Of a DNA stretch of 64,000 bases, positions 18,182 through 29,470 are shown in pieces. Origin of the DNA: Deltaproteobacteria bacterium (GTDB taxonomy: Bacteria > Desulfobacterota > Binatia > DP-6); assembly GCA_005879795.1 (NCBI GenBank), contig VBKJ01000127.1:7427-71426 (forward strand), read 5' to 3'. The position numbers and the translations under genes were made by a program. The notes under the pieces were generated by a model. It searched no databases, had not been told where the DNA came from, and was given only the letters and a program-made list of their open reading frames with translations. The stretch's first letter is position 1. The number at the start of each line of letters is the position of its first letter.

Positions 18182-20242
18182 CTACCGGGTACGACGGTCG
18201 CTGGCCGCGCGTGTGGCGCGCGGGACCGCGCGGGGGCGCTCGAGGCTCTCCGGGATCGCCTTCGCTTCGGCGAGCCACGCGGCGACCGAGGCGTCCGAGG
18301 GCATGCGCCAGTCGCCGCGGGGGGAGAGGGAGCCGCCCGAGCCGACCTTGGGAGCGTCGGGGACGCAGTCGCGCTTGAACTGGTTGGCGAAGAAGCGCTC
18401 GAGGAAGACGAGGAGCCAGCGCCGGATCCCGGCCACCGGGTAGCGGCCGCCGAAGGCGTGCAGCGCCATGCGCGCGATGCGCCGCGGGCCGAAGCCGAAG
18501 CGCAGGAAGTAGTAGAGGAAGAAGTCGTGCAACTCGTAGGGGCCGATCAGCTCCTCCGAGCGCTGCGCGATCTCGCCGCCGGGGCCGAGGCGCAGGAGCT
18601 CGGGGCTGATCGGCGTGGCGAGGACGGCGCGCAGCACGCGCGCCACCTCGGGCTCGTCCCCGAAGATCACCTCCGCCGCCCAGCGGATCAGCTCGGAGAC
18701 GAGCGTCTTCGGCACGCCAGCGTTTACGCCGTAGTGCGACATGTGGTCGCCGCCGTACGTCGCCCAGCCGAGCGCCAGCTCGGAGAGGTCGCCGGTGCCG
18801 AGGTCGATGGCGCCCTCGCGCGAGGTGAGCGCGAAGAGGAGGAACTTCCGCGTCCATGCCTGCACGTTCTCGAAGGTGTGGTCCTCCCGCGCGGGGTCGT
18901 GGCCGATCGCCTCGAACACCTGGTCGGCGATCTTCGTGATGTCGATCTCGCGCAGCGTCGCGCCCAGCGCGCGCACCAGCGCGCGGGCGTTGTCGTGGGT
19001 CCCGCGCGAGGTTCCGAAGCCGGGCATGGTCACGCCGAAGATGCGCGTGCGGGGCAACCCGAGGAGGTCCATGGCGTGCGCCGCGACCAGGAGCGCCTCG
19101 GTCGAGTCCTGGCCGCCCGAGATGCCGATCACCGCCCGCCGCCCGTCCTCCGGCAGCGCGAGCAGCCGCCGCGCGAGCGAGGTCGCCTTGATGAGGAAGA
19201 TCTCGCGGCAGCGGGCGTCGCGCCGGGCGGGATCGGCGGGTACGAAGGGAAGCGGCGCGATCGTGCGGCGGAATTCGCGGTAGACGGCGGCGCCGCGGCG
19301 CTCCTCGGCCCCCGCAGCGGCGACCGTACGGAAGGGGCGCCCGTGCTGGCCCGCGTTCTCGCCCCACGAGGTCTGCCGCATGCGGTCCTCGCGCAGCGCG
19401 ACCAGATCGACGTCGGTCACCACCGCGGCGCCGTGGAGCGCGAAGCGCTCGGTCTCCGCGACCAGCTCGCCGCGCTCGGCGACCAGCCCGTGGCCATCCC
19501 AGGCCAGGTCCGCGGTCGACTCGCCGAAGCCGGCGGCGCTGTACATCTGCACGGCGAGGTTCTTGGCCGCCGAGGAGCGGACCAGCTCCTGCCGGTACTC
19601 CCACTTGCCGACGGTCACGTTCGAGGCCGAGAGGTTTGCGAGCACGGTCGCGCCCGCGAGGGCGGCCAGCGTCCCCGGCGGCACCGGCGTCCACAGGTCC
19701 TCGCAGATGTCGGTGTGAAGGACGAAGCCGGGCAGACGCGGCGCGGCGACCAGCACGTCCGTGCCGAACGGCACGCGCTCGCCGAGGAGCGGGATCTCCG
19801 TCGAGCGCGCATTGGCGGCGGGATGGAACCAGCGCCGCTCGTAGAACTCGCGGTAGTTGGGGGGGAAGGCCTTGGGGGCGACCGCGACGGCGCGCCCGCG
19901 GAAGAGGGTCACGGCGCAGTTGAAGAGGAGGTCGTCGACCACGAGTGGCATGCCGACGGACACGATCAGGTTCCACTCCGCCGCCGCCTCCGCCACCCGT
20001 GCGAGCGCCGCGAGCGCCGCGGCGAGCAGGGTCTCCTGGAAGAAGAGGTCGGCGCAGCTGTAGCCGGTGAGGCCGAGCTCGGGGCAGAGGGCGTAGTGCG
20101 CGCCGTCCCGGTGGACCTGCTCCAGGAGCCGGAGGTGCGCCTCGGTGTTGAAGGCCGGATCCGCGACGCGCACCTCGGGGACACAGACCGCGACGCGGGC
20201 GAAGCCGTGGGAGCGGACGTCGAGGAAGTCGTCGGCCATCAC
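18182..20242 (-). CDS. nadE: Glutamine-dependent NAD+ synthetase (large form, nitrilase + synthetase domains)
   Basis: CN-hydrolase N-terminus with the motif CPELGLTGYSCADLF. C-terminal PP-loop SGGQDS. Confidence 0.9.
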   Translation of the reverse strand: MMADDFLDVRSHGFARVAVCVPEVRVADPAFNTEAHLRLLEQVHRDGAHYALCPELGLTGYSCADLFFQETLLAAALAALARVAEAAAEWNLIVSVGMPLVVDDLLFNCAVTLFRGRAVAVAPKAFPPNYREFYERRWFHPAANARSTEIPLLGERVPFGTDVLVAAPRLPGFVLHTDICEDLWTPVPPGTLAALAGATVLANLSASNVTVGKWEYRQELVRSSAAKNLAVQMYSAAGFGESTADLAWDGHGLVAERGELVAETERFALHGAAVVTDVDLVALREDRMRQTSWGENAGQHGRPFRTVAAAGAEERRGAAVYREFRRTIAPLPFVPADPARRDARCREIFLIKATSLARRLLALPEDGRRAVIGISGGQDSTEALLVAAHAMDLLGLPRTRIFGVTMPGFGTSRGTHDNARALVRALGATLREIDITKIADQVFEAIGHDPAREDHTFENVQAWTRKFLLFALTSREGAIDLGTGDLSELALGWATYGGDHMSHYGVNAGVPKTLVSELIRWAAEVIFGDEPEVARVLRAVLATPISPELLRLGPGGEIAQRSEELIGPYELHDFFLYYFLRFGFGPRRIARMALHAFGGRYPVAGIRRWLLVFLERFFANQFKRDCVPDAPKVGSGGSLSPRGDWRMPSDASVAAWLAEAKAIPESLERPRAVPRATRAASDRRTR

Positions 20243-20363
20243 TCAGACAATATAGCGTGCCGCCCGGGGTCGGACCAATGACGAGGCCGACGCCAGGAGG
20301 TCGAGGTGAGGGTGGGGGTTCGGGCCGGCTTGACGCTCGCGCCCGCCGGCGGGTATCGCCCCC

Positions 20364-21164
20364 GTGGTGCGCTTCTCGATGAGCGAGATCACGACCCTCG
20401 GCTGGTCCTTCGAGCGGGACGTCGAGGCGTTCGCGGCCGCGGGCGCACCCGGGATCGGCGTGTCCGTCCGGAAGCTCGAGGCGGTCGGGGTGACACGCGC
20501 CGCGCGACTCATCCGCGAGGCCGGCCTTGCCGTCTCGTGCCTCACCTCGTCGGGCCTGTTCCCGCTCGGCGACCCGCCGGGCGAGCGCCGCGCGCTCGAG
20601 CGTGCCCGCGTGCACCTCGCGGCCGCGGCCGAGCTGGGCGCGAGCACCCTCTTCGTGCTGCCCGGACCGCCGGGCGCGCTCTCCTGGGAGGAGGCGGCGG
20701 GCCGTGCCCGTCCGCTCGTCGAGGCCCTCCTGCCGGAGGCGGAGGGGGCGCGTGTCCGCCTCGCGCTCGAGCCGGTGAGCCAGCTGCGCATGGACCTCGG
20801 CTTCCTCCACTCCTTCGACGAGGCGCTCGACTTCGCCGACGCCTTCGCCTCTGCCTGGCTCGGCGTCGTCCTCGAGCTGAACAATGCCTGGATCGAGCGC
20901 CGCCTCTACGAGAACATCCGCCGGCGCGCGGGACGCATCGCCATCGTGCAGGTGAGCGACTTCAAGGTGGGCACCATGTGTGCCAGCGAGCGTGTCGTCA
21001 TCGGCGACGGCGACATCCCGCTCCGCCGCCTCTGCCGGGCGCTCGCGGATGCCGGCTACGACGGCTGGTACGACATCGAGCTCCTCGGCCCCGCCATCGA
21101 GGCGGAGGGCTACGAGGCAGTGCTGCCGCGCGCGATCGCGCGCTTCCGTGCGCTGTGGACCTGA
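20364..21164 (+). CDS. Sugar-phosphate isomerase/epimerase (xylose-isomerase-like TIM barrel)
   Basis: TIM-barrel AP-endonuclease-2-like pattern. Divergent from nadE. Confidence 0.55.
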   Translation: MVRFSMSEITTLGWSFERDVEAFAAAGAPGIGVSVRKLEAVGVTRAARLIREAGLAVSCLTSSGLFPLGDPPGERRALERARVHLAAAAELGASTLFVLPGPPGALSWEEAAGRARPLVEALLPEAEGARVRLALEPVSQLRMDLGFLHSFDEALDFADAFASAWLGVVLELNNAWIERRLYENIRRRAGRIAIVQVSDFKVGTMCASERVVIGDGDIPLRRLCRALADAGYDGWYDIELLGPAIEAEGYEAVLPRAIARFRALWT

Positions 21165-21239
21165 GCGCCTTCCCGGACGGCTTGCCCTCGCGCGGCGGCG
21201 GGCGGTAGAGACCGCCATCTCGTTCACGGGAGGGCTCGC

Positions 21240-21998
21240 ATGAGGCTCGAGGACAAGGTCGCGATCATCACCGGCGCGGGGCAGGGGATCGGTGAGGCCT
21301 ACGCCCGGCGCTTCGCCAAGGAGGGTGCCCGCGTGGTGGTCGCGGACATCAACGCCGAGAAGGGCGCGGCCGTGGCGCGTGACCTCGGGCACGTCTTCGA
21401 GCGCGTCGACGTGTCGAGCGAGGACGACACCCAGCGCCTCTGCCGGGCGGTCGCCGACCGGTTCGGGCGCATCGACGTGCTCATCAACAACGCCGCCATC
21501 TTCTTCGGCATCGACAACCAGAACACCAGCTACGCGTATCTGCGCAGGATCTTCGACGTGAACTACTTCGGCGCCTGGCTCATGTGCCGCGCCGTCTTCC
21601 CGCACATGCGCGACGGCGGGGGCGGCTCGATCATCAACCAGTCCTCGGGCGCGGCTTACGTGCACCCCGAGTATCCGATCGAGAACGAGCTGCCCTCGTT
21701 CCACTACAGCGTCACCAAGGCGGCCATGAACGCGATGACGCACTACATGGCCGGCTCGGTCGGCCGGTACAACATCCGCGTGAACGCGATCGCCCCCGGC
21801 CCGACGATGACCGAGGCCACCCGGCAGGGCGTCCCCGCGCACTTCCTGGACATGATCATCAACTTCCAGATGGCGATCCATCGCGCACTCGATCCCGACG
21901 ACCTGACCGGTACGGCGGTCTGGCTCGCCTCGGACGACGCGAAGATGGTGACCGGACAGGTGATCCCGGTGGACGGCGGGATGATCATGCTCGGGTGA
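21240..21998 (+). CDS. SDR-family oxidoreductase
   Basis: TGAGQGIG Rossmann motif and the Y-x3-K motif (YSVTKAAM). Confidence 0.85.
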   Translation: MRLEDKVAIITGAGQGIGEAYARRFAKEGARVVVADINAEKGAAVARDLGHVFERVDVSSEDDTQRLCRAVADRFGRIDVLINNAAIFFGIDNQNTSYAYLRRIFDVNYFGAWLMCRAVFPHMRDGGGGSIINQSSGAAYVHPEYPIENELPSFHYSVTKAAMNAMTHYMAGSVGRYNIRVNAIAPGPTMTEATRQGVPAHFLDMIINFQMAIHRALDPDDLTGTAVWLASDDAKMVTGQVIPVDGGMIMLG

Positions 21999-22090
21999 GC
22001 CGGCTGGAGGGATGGTGCCGCTACACTCCCATCGGAACCCCGGACGACCGCGCGGTGCCGAAGTGGCCGATCGGCGGAGGCGTCAAGCCG

Positions 22091-22492
22091 TCAGCGGGTG
22101 GCACTCAGCGGGCGGGGCGGACGTCTCAGGTCCCCGGCGGCGACCTGCTTGCGCAGCGTCACCACGAGCGCATCGTCGGTGTCGTACTCGGCGGTCGGCC
22201 CTTCTTCGATCACGCGCTCCGGCAGGCGGAGGGCTCGGGAGCGGACCGGCCGGCCCTCCGTGTCGCGCGCGAGCACGACCACCTTGCGGCCCGCGAACCG
22301 GACCTCCACCGACCCGGGCTCGACGTCCCGGCGCGCGCGGATGCGGAGCTGGACCGCGTCCGGGGTCTCGCTGACCGAGACCGTGAGCGCGCCGGACGCC
22401 GGCCCCGAGGCGCGGTCGTCGATCTCCCCCTCCGCGGTTCCGTGCCCGAGCACCGCGAGCAGCAACACGAGAACGCCCGCCACGCGCCACAT
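22091..22492 (-). CDS. Hypothetical secreted protein (possible Hsp20-like beta-sandwich)
   Basis: Signal peptide MWRVAGVLVLLLAVLGHGTAEG. Confidence 0.35.
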   Translation of the reverse strand: MWRVAGVLVLLLAVLGHGTAEGEIDDRASGPASGALTVSVSETPDAVQLRIRARRDVEPGSVEVRFAGRKVVVLARDTEGRPVRSRALRLPERVIEEGPTAEYDTDDALVVTLRKQVAAGDLRRPPRPLSATR

Positions 22493-22562
22493 GCGGCCCC
22501 CCGAACGAGACGATGAGGTCGCCTCCCTAGATGGGCTCTGGCGCGCGCCGAGTCAAGCCATA

Positions 22563-23774
22563 CTAGATGACTTCCTCTTCCCGCAGCCGCCCGATCTCCT
22601 CCCACGAGTAGCCGAGCACCTCGGTCAGGACCTCCTCGGTGTGCTGCCCGAACTCGGGGGCAGGGAGGCGGATCGACCCGGGGGTTTCGCTGAGGCGCAC
22701 GGGGAGGCCGACCACCTGCGTCGGCCCGAAGGCCGGGTGCTTGAACGCCGTCACGTACCGGTTCGCCTGCATCTGCGGGTCATCCGGCAGGTCATCGACC
22801 GAATTGATGACAGAGTAGATGAAGTCGCCGCCCTCGGCGAGGCGACGGATCCACTCCGCGCGCGGGCGGCGCGCGAACACCTCGTCGAGGAGCGCGATGC
22901 ACTCGCCCGCGTTCATCATGCGATCGAGCATGGTCGTGAAGCGCGCGTCGGCCGCCGCCTGGGGGATCTCGAGCACCGCGCAGAAACGGGTCCAGTAGCG
23001 GTCGGGCTGGAGCATGCTGAGGGCGAGCCACAGGCCATCGCTACACTTGTAGTGGTTCCAGAGCGGGTTGGTAGCGTAGCGCCGCGGCTGGCGGGGAAGC
23101 GCGCGGCCGAGCATCAGGCGCGCCGAGAGCCCCAGGCCCTGGAGCCAGGCCATCGAGCCCAGGTGCGAGGCGTCGACCTCCTGGCCGCGGCCGGAGCGCT
23201 CGCGCGCGAGGAGGGCTGTGACGATGCCGTAGGCGAGCATGATCGCGCCCATCTGGTCGGCGATGCCGCCCGCGATGGCGAGCGGCTCGTCGTCGGGCTC
23301 GCCCGCCGAGTACATGATGCCCGAGCGCGCGAGGCCGAGGTAGTCGAAGGACGGCGCGCCGCTCTCGGGGCCCTCGGGCCCGTAGCCGCTGGCGCTTGCG
23401 TAGACGAGGCGCGGGTTGCGGGCGCGGAGCGTGGCCGCGTCGAGTCCGAGGCGCGCCGCCACCCCCTTGCGGAAGTTCTGCACGAACACGTCGGCGCGCT
23501 CGGCCAGGCGCTGCACGAGCGCCACGCCCGCGGGCTTCTTCAGGTCGACCGTCAGGCTCCGCTTGTTGCGGTTGTTGGCCTCGAAGTAGAAGTTCGGCCG
23601 GTCCCGGAGATCGAGGCCCTGCGCCTTCAGCACGCCGCGCCCCGGGTCGCCCCCGACGCGCTCCTCGATTTTGATGACGTCGGCCCCCAGGTCGCCGAGC
23701 ATGACCGAGGCGACGGGCCCCTGCTGCCAGATGGTCCAGTCGATGACCCGGGTCCCTTCGAGCGGCATGGGCAT
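22563..23774 (-). CDS. CoA-transferase family III (CaiB/BaiF) protein
   Basis: Starts MPMPLEGTRVIDWTIWQQGPVASVMLGDLGADVIKIE. Confidence 0.8.
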   Translation of the reverse strand: MPMPLEGTRVIDWTIWQQGPVASVMLGDLGADVIKIEERVGGDPGRGVLKAQGLDLRDRPNFYFEANNRNKRSLTVDLKKPAGVALVQRLAERADVFVQNFRKGVAARLGLDAATLRARNPRLVYASASGYGPEGPESGAPSFDYLGLARSGIMYSAGEPDDEPLAIAGGIADQMGAIMLAYGIVTALLARERSGRGQEVDASHLGSMAWLQGLGLSARLMLGRALPRQPRRYATNPLWNHYKCSDGLWLALSMLQPDRYWTRFCAVLEIPQAAADARFTTMLDRMMNAGECIALLDEVFARRPRAEWIRRLAEGGDFIYSVINSVDDLPDDPQMQANRYVTAFKHPAFGPTQVVGLPVRLSETPGSIRLPAPEFGQHTEEVLTEVLGYSWEEIGRLREEEVI

Positions 23775-23831
23775 CGCGAATGACCTCCGGGCGGGCTCCT
23801 CGCACACCCCCGGGCCGGCTGGCAAGCCGGC

Positions 23832-25482
23832 TCAGCTGCCCCGCAGCACGCGGCGCCGAAAGAGGAGCAGGCCCACCGCCAGGTAGACGGCCCCGTGCGC
23901 GAGCAGCACCGCCGTCGCGCCGAGCACGGCGCCGGCCGGCTGCCGGCGGATCATCAGGTCGTTGTATGCCTCCATTGCCCAGGTGGTCGGCAAGGCAAGC
24001 GCTGCCCGCCGCATCCAGTCGGGCTCGAGGTCGATCGGCCACCAGCAGCCGCCGACCGCGGCCATGGTCATGATCGCGATCGAGCCGAGCGGCAGCACCG
24101 CCTCGCGGCCCGGCGCGGCCGCGGCGACCACCAGGCCGAAGGCGGTGCCCGCGAACACGATGCCCGCGGTGGGGAGGAAGAGCGCCCATGGCTCGGGGCC
24201 GAGCGAGACGCCGAAGGCGAGCCGCCCGACGACGAAGAGGAGCGCCATCTGCACCAACCCCACCGCCGCACGCGCCGCGAGCTTCGCGACCAGGACGGCC
24301 GTGAGCGGTATCGGCGTCGTGCGCACGCGCTCGAGCGTGCCCCACTCGTCCTCGTCGAGAAGGCCGAGCGATACCCCGAGCAGCACGCCGAGGAGGAGGA
24401 AGGTGACGCCGAACCCGGGCACGTTCTGATCGAAGGTGTTGAGCCGGCGCGGCGCGCCGGTGACGCTGGTCTCCTCGAGCGCGAGGGGCCCGGGCAGGCG
24501 GCCGGCAGGCGGCTCGGGGAGCGCCGGGAGGTCGAGCGAGGGCGCGGCCGGCAACGCCGGCGGCGCCAGGGGCGGGAGCGCCGGCGCGCCGTCGGGGGCC
24601 ACCAGGCGCGCCGCGACCGCATCGGGGTCCGCGCTCGCCAGCTCCTCGAGCGCGGGCGGCACCCGCGGCGGCTCGGGTGGCGGCGGGACGCGGTCGGCGA
24701 AATGCCCGGCTCGCTCGCGCACGGCCGCGAGCCACTCGGCGAAGGCCTGCCGCTTGGCGGCCAGCTCGGCCAGGAACGCGCGCAGCGGTGCCAGCGCCGC
24801 GGCGAGGCGGGCGCGCGCCGCGGCCTGTCGCTCCGCGAGCGCCGCGCGCAGCTCGCGCTCCGCAGCGGCCCTCCGCCGCTCGGCGTCTGCCCGCATCGCC
24901 TCGAGGCGCGCGCCGAGATCGTCGAGCGCACGGTGGAGGTCGTCGGCGGCGTGCACGAAGCGCGCCCGCGCGTCCGCCGCCTGGGCGCGGGCCGCGTCGA
25001 GCTCGTGCCGGGCGCGCTCGACCGCAGCCGCCTCGAGCCCGTGGCGCAGTTCCTGCGCCAGGGCGCGCACGTAGGCGACGTCCACCGTCTTCACGGGGTC
25101 GGTCAGGAGGACGAGCGCCGCGGCGCGCCCCCCGCCGACCGCCTCCGACGCCCCCGCGGGGACGACGAGCGCCGCCGCCGCCCGCTTCGCCTGCACGAGC
25201 GCGCGCGCCGCCTCGGCCGTCGCGACCGGGCGCGCCCGGACCGACGGCTCGTCCGCGAGTCGCTCGCGCACCGCCCGCCCGACCCAGCCGCCGTCCTCGT
25301 CGGCGACCGGCAGGACGGGTGCCGTGCCGCCGCGCGGCTCGGCGCCATAGAGCGTTGCGAGCGAGAGGCCCGCGACCGAGATCACCACGATCGGGGCGAC
25401 GGTCAGGAACACGAGCCCCACGCGGTCCCGCGCCAGCAACCGGAGGTCCTTCCCGAGCGCCGCGGCGAGGCCGGCGAGCATC
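23832..25482 (-). CDS. ABC-2-type transporter permease with a ~300-aa extracytoplasmic coiled-coil/proline-rich insert
   Basis: TM1 is followed by a long Ala/Arg/Glu coiled coil and a PPPEPP segment. Five C-terminal TM helices follow. TGATG overlap with the ATPase gene. Confidence 0.7.
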
Positions 25483-26436
25483 AGGCGGAGGCGGCCGGCG
25501 CGTCCTCGTCGCGGAGCGCGCGGCCGGTGAGCGCGAAGAACGCGTCGGCGAGGCTCGGGCGGACGAGCGCCATCTCGAGGACGTCGCCGCCGGCGCGCAG
25601 CGCGGCGGCGAGGATCGCCGGCGCGGTCGCCGTGTCCGTCACCGCGATGGTGGTCTCGGGAGCGGAGGGGTCGGCGAGCGTCGCGCCCGCGACGCCCGCG
25701 AGCCACCCGGGCGGCAACGGGCGCCCGGTGCGCAGGCGCAGGATCGGCCTCAGGCCCGCGCCCGCCACCAGCGCCGCCGGCGTCCCGGCGGCGACCACGC
25801 GACCCCTGTCGAGCAGCACCACACGCGCGCACAGACGCTCCGCTTCCTCCATCTGGTGCGTGCTGTAGAGGACGGCCGCGCCGCCGCGTGCGAGCGTCTC
25901 GATCGCCTCGAAGATGCGCTCGCGCGACTGCGGATCGACGCCCACGACCGGCTCGTCGAGGAGCACGACCGCAGGCCGGTGGAGGATGCCGCAGGCGAGG
26001 TTCAGGCGCCGACGCATCCCGCCCGAGAGCCACGCGACCGGCTCGTGGGCGCGCGTGGCGAGGCCGACCAGGTCGAGCGCCGCGGCCGCGCTCCGCGCCG
26101 CCTCCGCTCTCCCGAGCCCGAAGGCGCGCGCGAAGAAGCGCAGGTTCTCGCGCGCCCCGAGCGTCGGGTAGACCGCGACCTGCTGCGGGACGAGGCCGAG
26201 CGCGCGGCGGGCGCGGGCGGCGCCGGCCGGGAGCGCGTGGCCCGCCACCGCGACCCGTCCCGCGTCGAAGCGGAGCAGGGTGGCGAGGACGCCGAGCGTC
26301 GTCGACTTGCCGGCGCCGTTGGGGCCGAGGAGCCCGACGATCTCGCCCGCGGCGACCTCGAAGGAGACGCCGCCGAGCGCGAGCTGCGCACCGTAACTCT
26401 TGCGGAGCGCCTCGACTAGGATCGGGGGAGCCACGC
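25481..26436 (-). CDS. ABC transporter ATP-binding protein
   Basis: Walker A GPNGAGKST. Signature LSGGMRRRL. Walker B VLLDEP. GTG start. Confidence 0.85.
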
Positions 26437-26485
26437 GGCGAGCGACATATTGACACGCCGGGAGGCTCCGTCCATAGGCCCGGCC

Positions 26486-27910
26486 ATGCGCATCCTCCTC
26501 CTCGCCATGCCGGACACCGCGTCCTCGCTCGATCGCGTGATGAAGTTCCCGAACCTCGGGCTGTGCACGATCGCAGCCGAGGTGCCGGAGCACGAGGTGC
26601 GCATCCTGGACCTGGTGCTGCACCCCCGGGGCGTGCGGCGGCGTGTCCTCGAGGAGGTGGCCGCGTTCCAGCCGGACCTGGTCGGCTACTCGGCGATGTC
26701 GTTCCAGTACGAGACGGCGCGCATCCTGGCCGAGGCCGTGCGCGCGGCCGCGCCCGGCACGCTCCACGTGCTGGGCGGCTACCACGCCACCGTGCTCGCC
26801 GACCGGGTCGCGGCGCGGGACGGCCGGGTCTTCGACTTCATCGTGCGGGGCGAGGGCGAGCGCGCCTTCCGGCAGCTCGCCGACGTGCTGGTCGGCGGGG
26901 GCGACCTGGCCGCGATACCGGGGCTCTCGTGGCGCGGGGCCCGGGGCTGGCGCCACAACCCCGCCGGCGAGCTGCTGGCGCTCGACTCGCTGCCGCTCCC
27001 GCGCCGCACGGCGCGGGCGTGGGACGGTGCGTTCTATTTCGACCGGAGCTTCGACGTCGCCGAGACGACGCGCGGCTGCCCGCTGCCGTGCACCTTCTGT
27101 TCCATCCGCCGCATGTACGGGCGCACGTTCCGCAGGTTCCCCCTCGCGCGCGTGATCGCGGACCTGCGCGCGCTCGACCGCCGCGCCGTGCGCGGCGTCT
27201 TCTTCGTCGACGACAACGTCACGATCGACGTGCCGCGCTTCAAGGAGCTGTGCGAGGAGATCGTGGCGGCGGGCCTCTCGCACCTGCGCTACGTCGTGCA
27301 GGCCTCGGTGCACGGCATCGCCAAGGACCCGACGCTGGCGCCCGCCATGGCGCGCGCCGGCTTCGACACCGTCTTCATGGGCATCGAGAACGCCGAGGAC
27401 GCGAACGTGGCCGCGCTCGAGATCCGGCCGAAGCTCGGCCGGGGCGAGAACGAGACGCCGCGCGCCGTCCGCCTCCTCCGGGAGAACGGCATCAAGGCGG
27501 TGGGCGGCTTCATCGTCGGCAACCCGGACGACGACCGCGCCGCCATCAGCCGCACCTTCCGCTACGCGCGCCGGCTCGGGCTCGACTTCCCGATCGTGCA
27601 GTGTCTCACGCCCTACCCGCGTACCGAGATGCGGGCGGAGCTGCTCGCCGCGGGGCTGGTGACGAACCCCGACGATCTCACGCGCTACAACGGCTACATG
27701 GTGAACGTGCGCACGCGCCACCTGACCAGCGCCGAGATCGCGCGCGCCATGCTGTGGGAGAGCGTGAAGCTCTACTACGACCCGCGCGCGGCGCGGCGGA
27801 GCCGCTTCTTCCGCGACTTCCCGGCGTTCCGCGGGAAGATGCTCCTGAACAACCTGGCGCTCTTCGCGGGCGCGCGAAACCGCCTCTTCCGCTCGACGCA
27901 CACCCTCTGA
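26486..27910 (+). CDS. B12-binding-domain radical SAM protein (class B)
   Basis: N-terminal cobalamin-binding Rossmann-like domain MRILLLAMPD...GGYHAT. Radical-SAM cluster motif CPLPCTFCS. Divergently transcribed from the ABC genes. Confidence 0.85.
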   Translation: MRILLLAMPDTASSLDRVMKFPNLGLCTIAAEVPEHEVRILDLVLHPRGVRRRVLEEVAAFQPDLVGYSAMSFQYETARILAEAVRAAAPGTLHVLGGYHATVLADRVAARDGRVFDFIVRGEGERAFRQLADVLVGGGDLAAIPGLSWRGARGWRHNPAGELLALDSLPLPRRTARAWDGAFYFDRSFDVAETTRGCPLPCTFCSIRRMYGRTFRRFPLARVIADLRALDRRAVRGVFFVDDNVTIDVPRFKELCEEIVAAGLSHLRYVVQASVHGIAKDPTLAPAMARAGFDTVFMGIENAEDANVAALEIRPKLGRGENETPRAVRLLRENGIKAVGGFIVGNPDDDRAAISRTFRYARRLGLDFPIVQCLTPYPRTEMRAELLAAGLVTNPDDLTRYNGYMVNVRTRHLTSAEIARAMLWESVKLYYDPRAARRSRFFRDFPAFRGKMLLNNLALFAGARNRLFRSTHTL

Positions 27911-27963
27911 GCGCTCCGCGAGCGTCCAGGAGGGCGGGCCCCGCGCCCGTCCTGCGCGCCGGC

Positions 27964-28383
27964 TCAGCGCGGGAACTGGGCCAGGAAGTGCGCCGCCGGA
28001 CCCTCGGTCGAGAGGCGTCTCGCGGAGCGGCCCTCGGCCTGCAGGAAGAGGGCCGGGTAGCCCCGCGAGCCGTAATCCTTCTCGAGCCGGCGCTCGGCCG
28101 CGCCGTGCTCGGGGTTGATGCGCACCTTCAGGTAGTCTTTCAGGCGCGAGGTCACCTCGCCCGACTCGAGCAGCTGGTCGAGCGTGCGGCAGTGCGGGCA
28201 CCAGTCGGTGCGGAAGTAGATCAGCACGGGGCCGCCGTCCGAGCGTTGCCGGCGGACCGTATACTGGTAGCCGGCGCTGTCCTCGTACCAGGACCAGGAC
28301 GCGCAGGCCGGGCGCACCATGGCAGACGCGAGCGCGATCCCGATCGCCAGCGCGCGCACGGTCCCTCTCGCCTTCGGCGTCAT
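27964..28383 (-). CDS. Secreted thioredoxin-fold protein (WCPHC active site)
   Basis: Signal peptide. Contains VLIYFRTDWCPHCRTLD. Confidence 0.7.
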   Translation of the reverse strand: MTPKARGTVRALAIGIALASAMVRPACASWSWYEDSAGYQYTVRRQRSDGGPVLIYFRTDWCPHCRTLDQLLESGEVTSRLKDYLKVRINPEHGAAERRLEKDYGSRGYPALFLQAEGRSARRLSTEGPAAHFLAQFPR

Positions 28384-28513
28384 CGGGTCACCTCTCCCCC
28401 CAGCACGGCCAGTCGGTACCGGCTCACGAGCGCTCCCTTAAAGGAGGAGACCGTCGCGGAGTCAAGGGCGCGGCCACGCTTGACCGCGCGGCGTCAGTCG
28501 ATAGAAGCGGGCG

Positions 28514-29397
28514 CGATGCGAGTCCTGGTGACGGGAGGGACGGGCTTCATCGGCGCTGCCCTCTGCCATGCTCTCACCGGGGCGGGGCACGCGGTGACCG
28601 TGGTCACGCGCGATCCGGCGCACATCGCCGCCGCCGCGATCGGCTGGGAGCGGGTGAGCGCGGCCGTCCGGGAGACCGACGCGCTCGTCAACCTGGCCGG
28701 CGAGCCCCTCGGGAGCCGGCGTTGGAGCGTGCGGCAGAAGGAGCTCATCCGCCAGAGCCGCGTGCTCGCGACCCGTACGCTCGTGGATGCCATCGCGGGC
28801 GCCGAGCCGCGACCGAGGGTCCTGGTGAACGCCTCCGCAGTCGGCTACTACGGGCCGCGCGACGACGAGCCGCTCGACGAGAGCGCTGGCCCCGGAGCGG
28901 GCTTCCTGGCCGACGTGTGCCGGGCGTGGGAGCAGGAAGCGCTCAGGGCGGAGGACCTCGGGCTCCGCGTGGTGCGGCTCCGCCTGGGGGTCGTGCTGGC
29001 GGCGGACGGCGGCGCGCTCGCGCGCATGCTGCCGCCCTTCCGCGCCTTCGTCGGGGGCCCGATCGGGAGTGGCCGGCAGTGGATGTCCTGGATCCACCGC
29101 GACGACGTGACCGGCATCGTGGTCGATGCGCTCGCCAACGACGGCTACCACGGTCCGGTGAACGCGACCGCGCCGCAGCCGGTCACCAACCGCGACTTCG
29201 CGAAGCTGCTCGGCCGGACGCTGGCGCGCCCCGTCTGGCTGCCGACGCCGGCCTTCGCGCTACGCCTCGCACTCGGCGAGATGGCCGAGCTGCTCCTCAG
29301 CGGCCAGCGTGTGCTCCCGGGCATCGCCGAGCGCCTCGCCTATCAGTGGCGCTACCCGGAGCTGAGCGGCGCGCTGCGCGCGAGCGTCCGGCGGTAG
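28514..29397 (+). CDS. TIGR01777/YfcH-family NAD-dependent epimerase (DUF1731 C-terminus)
   Basis: Starts MRVLVTGGTGFIGAAL. The C-terminal region resembles the DUF1731-type C-terminus. Confidence 0.75.
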
Positions 29398-29470
29398 GGC
29401 GAGGGGTCTCTCGTCAGCACGCGGCTCGCGCGATCGAGTGCGGGTCTATGCGCATGAGCCGAACAGCCGC

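Noticed and set aside
18060-21881. 1273-aa ORF on the minus strand (and similar: 48400-51444 minus at 1014 aa, 2894-4336 minus, 23895-25868 plus, 25888-29397 plus at 1169 aa)
   Set aside because: These are antisense or out of frame relative to well-conserved genes (nadE, the SDR, clpP/clpX/lon, ABC ATPase, etc.). Their translations are Arg/Ala/Gly/Pro-rich low-complexity strings with no domains. Such long spurious ORFs are expected in ~70% GC DNA.
23832-26456. 874-aa ORF merging the ABC-2 permease with upstream sequence
   Set aside because: Its N-terminal ~320 aa are the wrong-frame reading of the ABC ATPase gene. The true ATPase frame (GPNGAGKST, LSGGMRRRL) lies in ORF 25481-28201. The two real genes meet at a TGATG overlap near 25481.
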